DNA of 64,000 nucleotides from Squalus acanthias (taxonomy: Eukaryota). Made by a program: the position numbers and the translations under genes. The notes under the pieces were generated by a model. That model was given only the letters and a program-made list of their open reading frames with translations, did no database searches and was not told the origin of the DNA. Position 1 is the stretch's first letter. The number at the start of each line of letters is the position of its first letter. Positions 51,801 through 60,319 of the stretch are shown in pieces. The stretch lies in NCBI GenBank assembly GCA_030390025.1, contig CM059425.1, positions 164,612,001 to 164,676,000 of the forward strand. Reading direction: 5' to 3'.

Positions 51801-54800
51801 AAATGGGATTGATTCAGAACAGATCTAGCAGCTCAAAACTGGGCATCCATAAGGTGCTGTGGGCCATCAGCAGCAGCAGAATTGTATTCCACCACAATCT
51901 GTAACCTCATGGCCAGGCATATCCCTCACTCTACCATTACCACCAAGCCAGGGGACCAACCCTGGTTCAACAAGGAGTGTAGAAGAGTATGCCAGGAGCA
52001 GCACCAGGCGTACCTAAAAATGAGGTGCCAACCTGGGGAAGCTGCAACACAGGACTACATGCATGCTAAAAAGCGGAAGCAGCATGCTATAGACAGGGCT
52101 AAGCGATCCCACAATCAACGGATCAGATCAAAGCTCTGCAGTACTGCCACATCCAGTCGTGAATGGTAGTGGACCATTAAACAACTAACGGGAGGAGAAG
52201 GCTCCATGAATATCTCCATCCTCAATGATGGTGGAGCCCAGCACATGAGTGCAAAGGACAAAGCTGAAGCATTTGCAGCCATCTTCAGCCAGAAGTGCCG
52301 AGTGGATGATCCATATCGGCCTCCTCCTGAGGTTCCCACCATCACAGAAGCCAGTCTTCAACCAAATCGATTCACTCCACGTGATATCAAGAAACAGCTG
52401 AGTGCACTGGATACAGCAAAGGCTATGGGCCCTGACAACATCCTGGCTATCGTGCTGTAGACTTGTGCTCTAGAACTAGCCACGCCTCTAGCCAAGCTGT
52501 TCCAGTACAGCTACAACACTGGCATCTATCTGACAATGTGGAAAACTGCCCAGGTATGTCCTGGCCACAAAAAACAGGACAAATCCAATCCGGCCAATTA
52601 CCGCCCCATCAGTCTACTCTCAATCATCAGCAAAGTGATGGAAGGTGTCATCGACAGTGATATCAAGCGGCACTTACTCACCAATAACCTGCTCACTGAT
52701 GCCCAGTTTGGGTTCCGCCAAGACCACTCGGCTCCCGACCTCATTACAGCCTTGGTTCAAACATGGACAAAGGAGCTGACTTCCAGAGGCGAGGTGAGAG
52801 TGACTGCCTTTGACATCAAGGCAGCATTTGACCGAGTTTGGCATCAAGGAGCCCTAGTAAAACTGAAATCAATGGGAATCGGGGGAAAACGCTCCACTGG
52901 CTGGAGTCATACCTAGCACAAAGGAAGATGGTTGTGGTGGTTGAAGGTCAATTATCACAGCCCCAGGACATCGCTGCAGGAGTTCCTCAGAGCAGTGTCC
53001 TAGGCCCAACCATCTTCAGCTGCTTCATCAATGACCTTCCCTTCAACATAAGGTCAGAAATGGGGATGTTCGCTGATGACTGCAGTGTTCAGCGCCATTC
53101 ACAACTCCTCCGATAATGAAGCAGTCCAAGCCCGCATGCAACAAGACCTGGATGACGTTCAGGCTTGGGCTGATAAGTGGCAGGTAACATTCGCGCCACA
53201 CAAGTGCCAAGCAATGACTATCTCCAACAAGCGAGAGTCTAACCACCTCCCCTTGACATTCAATGGCATTACTATCGCCGAATCCCCCACTATCAACATC
53301 CTAGGGGTCTCCATTAACCAGAAACTTAACTGGACCAGCCACATAAATACTGTGGCAACAAGAGCAGGTCAGAGGCTAGGTATTCTGCGGCGAGTGTCTC
53401 ACCTCCTGACTCCCCAAAGCCTTTCCACCACCTACAAGGCACAAGTAAGGAGTGTGATGGAATACTCTGCGCTGGCCTGGATGAATGCAGCTGCAACAAC
53501 AGTCAAGAAGCTCGACATCATCCAGGACAAAGCAGCCCGCTTGATTGGCACCCCATCCACCACCTTAAACATTCACTCCCTCCACCACTGGCGTACCATG
53601 GCTGCAGTGTGTACCATCTGCAAGATGCACTGCAGCAACTCGCCAAGGCTTCTTCAGCAGCACCTCCTAAACCCGCCTCTACCACCTAGAAGGACAAGGG
53701 CAGCAGGCGCATGGGACTATCACCACCTCCAAGTTCCCCTCCAAGTCACACACCATCCTGACTTAGAAGTATATCGCCATTCCTTCATCGTCACTGGGTC
53801 AAAATCCTGGAACTCCCTCCCTAACAGCACTGTGGAAGTACCTTCACCACATGGACTGCGGCGGTTCAAGAAGGCGGCTCACCACCACCTTCTCAAGGGC
53901 AATTAGGGATGAGCAATAAATGCTGGCCTCGCCAGCGACACCCACATCACATGAACGAAAAAAAAATTAAATGGTGGAGCAGGCTCAAGGGGCTACTCCT
54001 GTTATATTCTTATGTTCCTTTCTTCTGGGACTGCAGCGGGTGTTCCATTGCCACACCATTGCATTTTCCTCTCCAGCAGTGGTAGGCTCCCTCCTGTTGA
54101 CAGAGATCCTGTTGGAGGCACACCCTGCATGGATAATGACCTCTCCACTCAGGAAACTGCGTCGTGAGCCATGATGGGCAGAAGTGCTGCCTCCTCTCGC
54201 CACCAGCAGGAGGAAGGAAATCCATCCCTTAGTCTTTCTGTATAAAAATACCAGTATTTCATATTGCAAGAAAATTTTTATTTATTACTATGGCTCTTTT
54301 CCCCTCCTGTGCTCTTATGCCATGTACCATCTTGTGAGAATGGATATTACCTGCCCAGCAACTCCCTGTGACACCACAGTTGACTTTGGTTATTGGTATG
54401 TGAGGATTCACAGGCATGAACCCACATCTTGCCATTCAGTGTTGCAGCGTTAGGTCTGCACTGTGCTGTGCCCCCACCCCACCCCACAGTGGCCTTATTA
54501 TTGCAAGTCACTGAGCCCTCCATTTGAAAATGATAACATTACTAAGACATTTTGATTCCATTTTATTTTGCCACACACTCCTCCAGTTTTTTTCAAGGTT
54601 ATTAACTGGCAGTATGAAAACAGCTGCTCCAAATAGTACAACAATAAATAGGTAACATTCTGACACTCTACAGAAGAAGAGAAAGTTAGCATTTTAAAGT
54701 ATGTATTCTATGGTTATAGGCACTCCAGTTATTAAAAACAACCCAATGGTGCATGTCTGTTTTTCAGGTGGAGATGTTTTTTGATTCTATAAAGGAGCAG

Positions 54801-54920
54801 AGCTCACAGCTGAGATGCACCCAGATTGCCCTGGAAACCATTCAGAAAAACATCAGGTGGCTGGAGAGGAACCTGGATATCCTCAGGGGCTGGTTACTGA
54901 ATATAATTGCAAATCCGTAA
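6359..54920 (+). CDS. ERAP2: Endoplasmic reticulum aminopeptidase 2-like gene (M1 zinc aminopeptidase), 18 coding exons, 938 aa
   Basis: Manually spliced: 6359-6858, 9053-9191, 10085-10219, 19098-19218, 19721-19875, 21423-21536, 21624-21755, 25996-26127, 27433-27501, 28252-28427, 28567-28646, 29983-30166, 37353-37509, 38619-38803, 40687-40848, 43295-43435, 49671-49752, 54768-54920 = 2817 nt. Open throughout, all GT-AG. Segments such as [36 protein letters not shown] and PTDVL resemble human ERAP2 more than ERAP1 (from recall). Confidence 0.9.
9053..9191 (+). CDS. ERAP2: ERAP2 coding exon 2 ([28 protein letters not shown]...SNMPM)
   Basis: 139 nt, ctgtag|...|gtatga; conserved M1 [16 protein letters not shown] motif. 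Confidence 0.95.
10085..10219 (+). CDS. ERAP2: ERAP2 coding exon 3 ([33 protein letters not shown]...GIK)
   Basis: 135 nt, tttgtag|...|gtgagc; MSTYLVAF motif. Confidence 0.95.
12742..13494. mobile_element. GC-rich MITE-like element
   Basis: Imperfect terminal inverted repeats ggcctggagtttctg / cagaaactctaccc around an AT-rich core. Confidence 0.45.
13838..15153 (-). mobile_element. Solo LTR, 1316 bp
   Basis: TGTAGGG...CCTTACA termini, perfect 4-bp TSD CCTG (13834-13837 and 15154-15157), AATAAA on the minus strand near 13990. Confidence 0.8.
15196..15947. mobile_element. Non-autonomous PIF/Harbinger-like DNA transposon
   Basis: TIRs ggcccgtattttccaat / atcggaaattacgggcc (2 mismatches), 3-bp TSD ATT on both sides. 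Confidence 0.75.
16430..18177 (-). mobile_element. Family-B RT LINE (CR1/L2 group), 5'-truncated, one in-frame stop
   Basis: ORFs 17559-18149 and 16608-17558 with GVPQGS and FADD RT motifs; appears to sit inside an older LINE 3' remnant (about 15960-16420 and 18180-18250). Confidence 0.9.
18449..18847. mobile_element. GC-rich MITE-like element
   Basis: TIRs ggcctggaaattggat / atccactttctaggcc (14/16); no clear TSD. Confidence 0.55.
19098..19218 (+). CDS. ERAP2: ERAP2 coding exon 4 ([17 protein letters not shown]...YPLPKQ)
   Basis: 121 nt, caacag|...|gtaagt, phase 1 end. Confidence 0.95.
19721..19875 (+). CDS. ERAP2: ERAP2 coding exon 5 (GAMEN and HELAH zinc motif)
   Basis: 155 nt, ttttag|...|gtattg; [17 protein letters not shown] at 19858-19872. 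Confidence 0.97.
20919..21183 (+). repeat. G-rich 40-bp minisatellite (5 full units at 20940-21139 plus partial flanks)
   Basis: Unit GGGGTCTTCGGGGTTTGGATCAGGGGATCGGGGAGAGATC, near-identical copies. Confidence 0.97.
21423..21536 (+). CDS. ERAP2: ERAP2 coding exon 6 ([21 protein letters not shown]; third zinc ligand Glu)
   Basis: 114 nt, ttttag|...|gtgagt; Glu codon 21474-21476. Confidence 0.97.
21624..21755 (+). CDS. ERAP2: ERAP2 coding exon 7 (DDYFLNTCF...NSSRPIS...FDTVSYDK; catalytic Tyr)
   Basis: 132 nt, ttacag|...|gtattt; Tyr codon 21747-21749. Confidence 0.95.
22011..24056 (-). mobile_element. Young CR1 LINE, 5'-truncated, uninterrupted 648-aa RT frame
   Basis: ORF 22111-24057 with GVPQGS and KFADD; 3' UTR ends in (ATCTATGT)n. 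Confidence 0.95.
25331..25353. repeat. (TA)n microsatellite
   Basis: gatatatatatatatatatatat. Confidence 0.9.
25996..26127 (+). CDS. ERAP2: ERAP2 coding exon 8 ([12 protein letters not shown]...[17 protein letters not shown])
   Basis: 132 nt, atgtag|...|gtaaga. Confidence 0.95.
27433..27501 (+). CDS. ERAP2: ERAP2 coding exon 9 ([23 protein letters not shown]; two-Cys loop)
   Basis: 69 nt, caacag|...|gtaaga, phase 0-0; not in the ORF track; resembles human ERAP2 SCLESDFTSGGVC loop (recall). Confidence 0.88.
28252..28427 (+). CDS. ERAP2: ERAP2 coding exon 10 ([24 protein letters not shown]...QERFLKG...LQS)
   Basis: 176 nt, cctcag|...GG|gtactt; the phase-2 end fits the next exon. Confidence 0.9.
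28567..28646 (+). CDS. ERAP2: ERAP2 coding exon 11 ([14 protein letters not shown]...LLKTKS)
   Basis: 80 nt, ttgcag|...|gtaaga. Confidence 0.93.
28874..29285 (+). mobile_element. Deu-domain SINE with degraded tRNA-like head
   Basis: tggctcagttgg A-box-like head, tggcactatttgaagaagagca core. Confidence 0.65.
29983..30166 (+). CDS. ERAP2: ERAP2 coding exon 12 ([16 protein letters not shown]...[13 protein letters not shown])
   Basis: 184 nt, aaccag|...|gtactg. Confidence 0.95.
31420..31790 (+). mobile_element. Deu-domain SINE
   Basis: gctcagcggtagc / ggttcaagtccc A and B boxes, Deu core, tail aaaggtgctatataaatgcaag. Confidence 0.75.
31995..35654 (+). mobile_element. L2 LINE 3' fragment (31995-32856 and 35618-35654) split by a CR1 insertion
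   Basis: ORF 31997-32776 ([18 protein letters not shown]); the tail resumes with taaaggtgctatataaatacaa(gtt)n. Confidence 0.88.
32857..35617 (+). mobile_element. CR1 LINE with most of ORF2 (EN+RT), single frameshift near 34675
   Basis: ORFs 32836-34683 and 34707-35516; (TTCTATGT)n tail; nearly identical to the element at 1-1560. Confidence 0.95.
36070..36365 (+). mobile_element. Penelope-like element 3'/pseudo-LTR remnant
   Basis: Pyrimidine-rich stretch, then ctgatgaaaggtca...cctgaaacgttaac...cagatgctgcctgacctgctgagt, recalled as a common elasmobranch PLE end. Confidence 0.65.
36249..36285 (+). ncRNA. Minimal type-I hammerhead ribozyme motif
   Basis: AGUU-CUGAUGA-A-AGGU(CAUCA)ACCU-GAAA-CG-UU^AACU: stem I AGUU/AACU, stem II AGGU/ACCU, palindromic AACGUU in place of stem III. 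Confidence 0.72.
37353..37509 (+). CDS. ERAP2: ERAP2 coding exon 13 ([19 protein letters not shown]...[11 protein letters not shown])
   Basis: 157 nt, gtttag|...|gtaaga. Confidence 0.95.
38619..38803 (+). CDS. ERAP2: ERAP2 coding exon 14 ([20 protein letters not shown]...SNGTM)
   Basis: 185 nt, tttcag|...|gttagt. Confidence 0.93.
38870..39945 (-). mobile_element. Degraded SINE split by a CR1 fragment
   Basis: SINE-like pieces at about 38870-38994 and 39676-39945 flank the CR1 fragment. Confidence 0.5.
38995..39675 (-). mobile_element. CR1 3' fragment
   Basis: ORFs 39293-39664 and 39079-39375 ([13 protein letters not shown]) plus CR1 3' UTR. Confidence 0.9.
40687..40848 (+). CDS. ERAP2: ERAP2 coding exon 15 ([15 protein letters not shown]...DPEKLT)
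   Basis: 162 nt, ttgcag|...|gtatgg. Confidence 0.94.
43295..43435 (+). CDS. ERAP2: ERAP2 coding exon 16 ([16 protein letters not shown]...[15 protein letters not shown])
   Basis: 141 nt, cctcag|...|gttggt. Confidence 0.93.
43527..48175 (-). mobile_element. Cluster of CR1 fragments including a long EN+RT copy (43929-47600) broken by a foreign insert
   Basis: ORFs 44023-44571, 44612-45181, 45165-45458, 46857-47336, 47348-47551, 47849-48046. Confidence 0.88.
45730..46856 (-). mobile_element. LTR-like insert within CR1
   Basis: Non-CR1 sequence ending ...TGTCACGGTCA on the minus strand, with minus-strand AATAAA near 45960; other end and TSD unresolved. Confidence 0.4.
48310..48620 (+). mobile_element. 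tRNA-derived SINE remnant
   Basis: gtgcagtggtta / gttcaaatccc boxes; an inverted relative lies near 18262-18375. Confidence 0.55.
49671..49752 (+). CDS. ERAP2: ERAP2 coding exon 17 ([27 protein letters not shown])
   Basis: 82 nt, ccacag|...|gtcagt. Confidence 0.93.
49773..50113. mobile_element. Tc1/mariner (pogo/Tigger-type) MITE
   Basis: 26-bp TIRs CAGGAAACTCT..TTAACCGGCACC (2 mismatches), TA flanks; inverted sister copy at 63520-63873. Confidence 0.88.
51396..53966 (+). mobile_element. Family-B RT LINE (partial EN + RT, several stops and frameshifts) inserted in a CR1 3' UTR remnant
   Basis: [17 protein letters not shown], ends HHHLLKGN* and A-rich tail; CR1 UTR pieces at about 51320-51395 and 53967-54020. 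Confidence 0.92.
54768..54920 (+). CDS. ERAP2: ERAP2 coding exon 18, terminal (VEMFFDS...[29 protein letters not shown])
   Basis: Acceptor tttcag; TAA at 54918-54920; typical ERAP C-terminus; absent from the ORF track. Confidence 0.93.
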   Translation: MEMFFDSIKEQSSQLRCTQIALETIQKNIRWLERNLDILRGWLLNIIANP

Positions 54921-54955
54921 GGGATTTGACAGATCGTTGATTAGCATCTTATTCT

Positions 54956-54989
54956 TTCACTTCACTTCACTTCACTTCACTTCACTTCA
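54956..54989 (+). repeat. (TTCAC)6 microsatellite in the ERAP2 3'UTR
   Basis: Direct reading, 36 nt after the stop codon. Confidence 0.92.
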
Positions 54990-55137
54990 GTGGTTCCAGA
55001 ATATGACCTGTAACACTTGTCAGTGTGATTGTTGCCATTGCTGAAGCAGTTGTGGGCCCACAGATGGTTATCAGACTGTAGAAAGTGAAACAAATACATT
55101 GTTGTGTAACACATGAATACTGTATAACCCATAGAGT

Positions 55138-55143
55138 AATAAA
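55138..55143 (+). terminator. Candidate polyadenylation signal AATAAA for ERAP2
   Basis: First AATAAA after the stop codon; others near 55317 and 55466. Which is used cannot be seen. Confidence 0.4.
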
Positions 55144-56481
55144 CGGTTACTCTATAATCATGGGATAAACATTAAAACCAAATTATGACATTTGCTTCCC
55201 CATTTGAGTGCGTACACACACGCACTTGCATATTGTTTGCTTTGTTATTAAACAAGGCGAGTGTTTGTGACAAACTACCAGAAGCGTGCATTTAAATCAT
55301 TCATTTGCCCACAGTAAATAAAATATTTACTTATTTATTTTGTGGCTCTGGTAGGCTATTTACATGAATATTCTGTATTGCAAAAATTCAGATTGTTCTC
55401 ACAAATGCAGCCAGACTTTAAAATATAGTTTAGTTCACTTTGCAATGCTTGAATGACTATCAAAAAATAAATTCTGCTCTCTTTACCAGAAACCAGTTAC
55501 TGCAGACTTGGACCCTGGGCCTCAAAAAAGAAAGTATTGACTAACGTTTCAAAATGGTTTTTTTAAATAAGCCTCGTGCCAATTTTCTTCCTCAAATTTT
55601 TTTTAAATATAATTCAGTTCCTCCATTTTATCCCACTTCTGTATCCTACACATACCTGATCCTTGTCACAGCTACTGTCACTACTAAGCTTCAACTACCA
55701 GTCGATTTGAAGAAGGTCATTACATATTGGCAGCAAGTTTGGAAATTGCAGGTGTTGCTTATCAGGATCTAATCAAACACTTTCTATGTCATCCCTATTT
55801 TTTAAAAAGAACACTACATGTTGAGGACAGTGAAATACTCCGCATACTCCATTCATGAAATAAATGCTATATTGTTGCTTTCTCATTGATAGAATGAACT
55901 GTGTTTGATTCCTGCCCATTGCAGAGTCTTTATTTATGATTGAATTGTCGAAGGAATATGGTTTTCTTTCAAGCCACATGATGATTCTATAATTGACTGC
56001 AGAACTTGTTAAACTCTTTCTTGCAACTGATTTTTTTATTCACCCGCTGAAAATAAATCCTGTTCCTTCTGAACAATAGTCATACTACAGTGCTGTGCAC
56101 CAGACTTACACCTTTTATGTTGTACCTAAGATGTATTTACATAGTATTTAATTCTGAAACTCAATTTGGACATATTTCCTCCCATTCACCCCTTTATTCG
56201 TGAGCAGATTGGATACTAGACGAGGAAGGATGCTGAACCGTGTTTCCAGATGAATAAGAACTACTTGTTCACACATCCATTGCACATAACAGCGAAGTAG
56301 CTTCATTTCAGCCTGGAAACATGTGGCCAATTATGGAGAAAGATTCAAATTTGGGATTTCTCCTAACATTTTATGATGAGTCATAAAGAGGGGGCTCAAC
56401 GTTGAAAGTTCTTTCTCCCATTGTATTGTTCTCCTTCAAATAATTCAGCTTTTAAAAAAAAAAGTTATGTCAGCAATAAAT

Positions 56482-56797
56482 AATGAGAAGTCGCACAACA
56501 CCAGGTTATAGTCCAACAGAATTATTTAAAATTACAAGCTTTCGGAGCTGTCGCCCCTTCGTCAGGCAAAGGTACAGTGAGTGAATCTACAACATTACAC
56601 CGTATATAAACACAGACACTGCAGAGATACAATCTTTCAGGGAAGGTGTCCTTACATCAAAGACATACCAGAGCACAGCCAAGACAATGAGCTCCGAAAG
56701 CTTGTGATTTCAAATAAAACTGTTGGACTATAACCTGGTGTTGTGCGACTTCTCATTTTTGTCCACCCCAGTCCAACACCGGCATCTTCGCATCATG
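56482..56797. mobile_element. Penelope-like remnant with inverted pseudo-LTR arms
   Basis: Arms 56482-56549 and 56690-56757 are reverse complements at 64/68; followed by accccagtccaacaccggcatc. Confidence 0.75.
56532..56569 (-). ncRNA. Minimal type-I hammerhead ribozyme motif
   Basis: Minus strand UUGC-CUGACGA-A-GGGGC(GACA)GCUCC-GAAA-GC-UU^GUAA; palindromic AAGCUU. Confidence 0.7.
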
Positions 56798-58387
56798 ACT
56801 AATATAACTAGACTGACTAAAGCAGCACTAAAGGGTCTATGTACGGGTCTCCTCTGGTTCCATCCCTACCTGTCCCAATGCAGTTGGTACATCCCCATCA
56901 ATGGTCCCCTTCCCCACATGCAGCCTACTGCAAATTGTCTATCACTTCTAAAGCATAGCCTGCTTACACAGTGCCTAACCTCTCACCCACCTTCCTTACT
57001 GCTGAAATCCTTACCCACATCCTCATCACCTTAAGGATTAATTTCCTAAATGTTCTCCTTGCATACCTCCCCACCTTAATCATTTACAAACTTCAGATAA
57101 TCCAGAACTTTCTGTCTTAAGCTTTCACCTGCACAAAATCCAGCTAACCCATCACCACCCACTCTCACCAAGCTCCACTAGTTCCTCTATCCCAGCATAT
57201 CAATTTCATGATCCTTGTCCAGTTTTTTAAAATCCCTCCATGGCCTCACTCCACCCTATTTGGTCAATCTTCTACAGCCTACATTCTCCATTCTTCCAAC
57301 TCAGCATTTTTCTCATTCCCTGCATGCACCAAAATTGGAGATTGATTTTTCAGCCACTACATCCATGCCCTCTGGAATTGCCTTCTAAAACCATTTTGTC
57401 TTGCTATCTCTCCCCCATATAAATTTCAATCCTAGGCTTAACCAGTTTTCTCTCAAACATAGTTTTATCTAAATAATTTAAACATATTGCTCCTCTACTT
57501 TGGAATGTTCACATTAAGGATTTAACAGCATCTGTGCCAGGTGACTGGAAGAGGCTATTTACAACATTATGATCATGGATGAGGGACTGAATAGTTATTA
57601 GCTGACAAGAAGTTGTTTTTTACTGATGCACTGTTTTCCTGTGGTATAATTTTGCTGTAGATTTTATACTGATATCACCTAACTTACCCAAGTGATTAGG
57701 CATTAACAATGTTTGTAGTATTTTACTCTGAAGTTTTGTTTATTGAAACTAAGCTGAAAACAATCATGTTGCATCTCCTTGTCTATATACATTGTAATAT
57801 TTTGGGAACGAGAAGACCATTGGTCTATCGAGCCCACCCCTTCAAACCTCCCATCAGGTTCCTTACCTGATTTTGGAACTAATACTAATAAGAATTCTTT
57901 TATTTTATCCCCATCTCTCTTGAAAGCTATGACTCATGTTGGGGTATGATTCTATAGACATCAGCAGCCATTGAATACCTTGCCCAAGTAGTTATTCAGA
58001 AAATTCAGCCTCTAAGTTAGAAAGAAACAACTTGCAAGTATACCATCAGAATGAAAGTTCTACCAATTGTTATGTTTGACAACATGTGAGATGAAATTTT
58101 GGAGAGTGCCTTGATTTTAACTGCTTAGAATTTAAATGCTGGAGAAATCTCTGTCAAACTTGTGTTGGGAAAATAGTGGTTTGGCATCTCTGTATAGGAT
58201 TAATGTGCAGATGGCTTATGGTACTGTAATAAAGTATTGGAATTGAATAGTTTTTTTGTTATTTGGGAATTGTTTCTTTTTGCTCTTATTTGGGAAGTGC
58301 AGTATTGCCTGGGTCTTGATATGCTTTACCATTCAGGGAATTTGATCTCATGAAATATACATTAGGCCATACTTTTTAATGTTCTCT

Positions 58388-58830
58388 AAGAACATAAGGA
58401 ATAGGAGCAGGAGTAGGCCATACGGCCCCTCGAGCCTGCTCCACCATTCAATAAACTCATGGCTGACCTTCGACCTCAACTCCACTTTCCCAGCCGATCC
58501 CCATATCCCTTGATTCCCCTAGAGTCCAAAAATCTATTGATCTTGCCTTGAATATACTCAATGACTCAGCATCCATAGCCCTTTCAGGTAGAGAATTCCA
58601 AAAAGTCACAACCCTCTGAGTGAAGAAATTTCTCCTCATCTGTGTCTTAAATGGCCAACCCCTTATCCTGAGACTATGACCCCTAGTTCTAGACACTCCA
58701 GCCAGAGGAAACAACCTCTCAGCATCTATCCTGTTAAGCCCTCTCAGAATCTTATATGTTTCAATGAGATCATCTCTCATTCTTCTAAACTCCAGAGAGT
58801 ATAGGCCCAATCTACTCAGTCTCTTCTCAT
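58388..58830 (-). mobile_element. CR1 3' fragment
   Basis: [13 protein letters not shown]...NFFTQRVV plus 3' UTR. Confidence 0.88.
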
Positions 58831-59019
58831 CCCTTTTGCCTCTTTTAATTAAACCAGTAAAGGTAGCACCGGGTTTCCCTATTGTCACTGGACAAAGAAT
58901 CAATACCATAAGTGCTCCCTTCAAGAGGGCACCACTAAAAGTAATCTAACCGGGTCTAATCAAACTAATAGAGATGAAACTAAATCAGTATTTTGTTATC
59001 TATCAATTGTTCAATGAAT

Positions 59020-59620
59020 GTCCTGCAGTGCCCACTGGTCACGATATGTGGTAATTTCATCCTTAATTAAAGACTCTAAAATTTTCCCTACCACAGATGT
59101 TAAGGTAACTGGCCTGTAATTACCCAGATTAGTTCTGTCTCCCTTTTTAAAAATGGGTACTGTATTGCTAACTCTCTAATTCTCTGGCACACATCCACAC
59201 TCAATAGAGCCCTGAAATATAATTTCTGGGGCCTTTGTAATTTCCTTCTTCCTCCCCTTTAGTTCCGAGGATGCATCCCCTCAAGCCTTGGCACCTTGTC
59301 TTCCCTTAGCTTAACTAATTTATCTAAAATTGTTCTTTTATCCTTTGCAATATCACTCCTCTCACTCTCAACCACTTCAGGATTCACTTCCTCTCCGATA
59401 TCCTTTTCTCGTAAAATCCATGCAAAGTGATTAAATACTGCTGCCATTTTTTGATCATCCTATTCAAATTGACAATCCTTTCCATTCTTTTTACTGATTT
59501 TTTTGTAAAATATCTTATTGTTCCTTTTGATGTGTTTTGACTTTTCCCATACTTGCTCTTAGCATTCCTTATTCTGTTCTTAACCTCTTTTCTATGAACA
59601 ACCAGTTTTCTCACAAAACT
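59020..59620 (-). mobile_element. Old degraded CR1 ORF2 fragment
   Basis: Remnants of the GMHPR and NYRPV motifs. Confidence 0.55.
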
Positions 59621-60319
59621 TGGTAGTATCTGAAAATGTAAACATTATAGAGTAAAAATTCCTGTTGGTAGTGTTATCATGTGAGTGGTAAATCCTTAAA
59701 TAAATGGGTTAAAGCAGCAAGAGGGGGATTTTGTATGTTAAGCATTTGATTGATAACTTCGCTGACTAATTTCTACCCATATCTTTTTAATACTTCCATT
59801 GAAATCATTTACAAATAATGTAAACAGCCCCATACATGCATTATTTATGTTAGATGCCTAAAACCTATTATATTTTGTACAGTGAATAGAAAAGGTGATT
59901 TGGAGTTAAACAATTACAGCCCAGTGGGTAAATACATGTGATGTGGCGCTGAGTCATACAGAACAAGGAAGGTGTTCGGGTTCATTCTGGTCAGAACTGA
60001 ATTAGCTGATTAAAGTGCTACAATTGCTTTTGGTGTTGCTGAACCAGATAGGAGGGAGGAGGAGGGGAAACAACCAAGGATTATGTAGCTCCTGTAAAGT
60101 GGAAATCAGGTGAGGGCAGGGTCAAACTCAGTATTTGGGGTAGTTTGGCAAATTCACTGCTAACCACTCTGAAAACATGTAAACAGTTATTGCAACTTAA
60201 CATCTCTAGGATTGCTCCTCCTCCAAATAAAAGCAAGGTTGGGAGGGAGGACTAACAACCTTGCTGATAAACAGCTGTCAACAAGGGACAAATGCCTGAA
60301 TGACATTTACAATCAGCAA

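Noticed and set aside
6359..54920. Calling the gene ERAP1, LNPEP or ANPEP
   Set aside because: No long cytosolic N-terminus; many segments, the 69-nt loop exon and the downstream LNPEP-like exon favour ERAP2, though a phylogeny is needed.
56686..56710. Third hammerhead in the right arm of the inverted repeat
   Set aside because: Only the GAAA/cleavage half is present; CUGANGA is missing.
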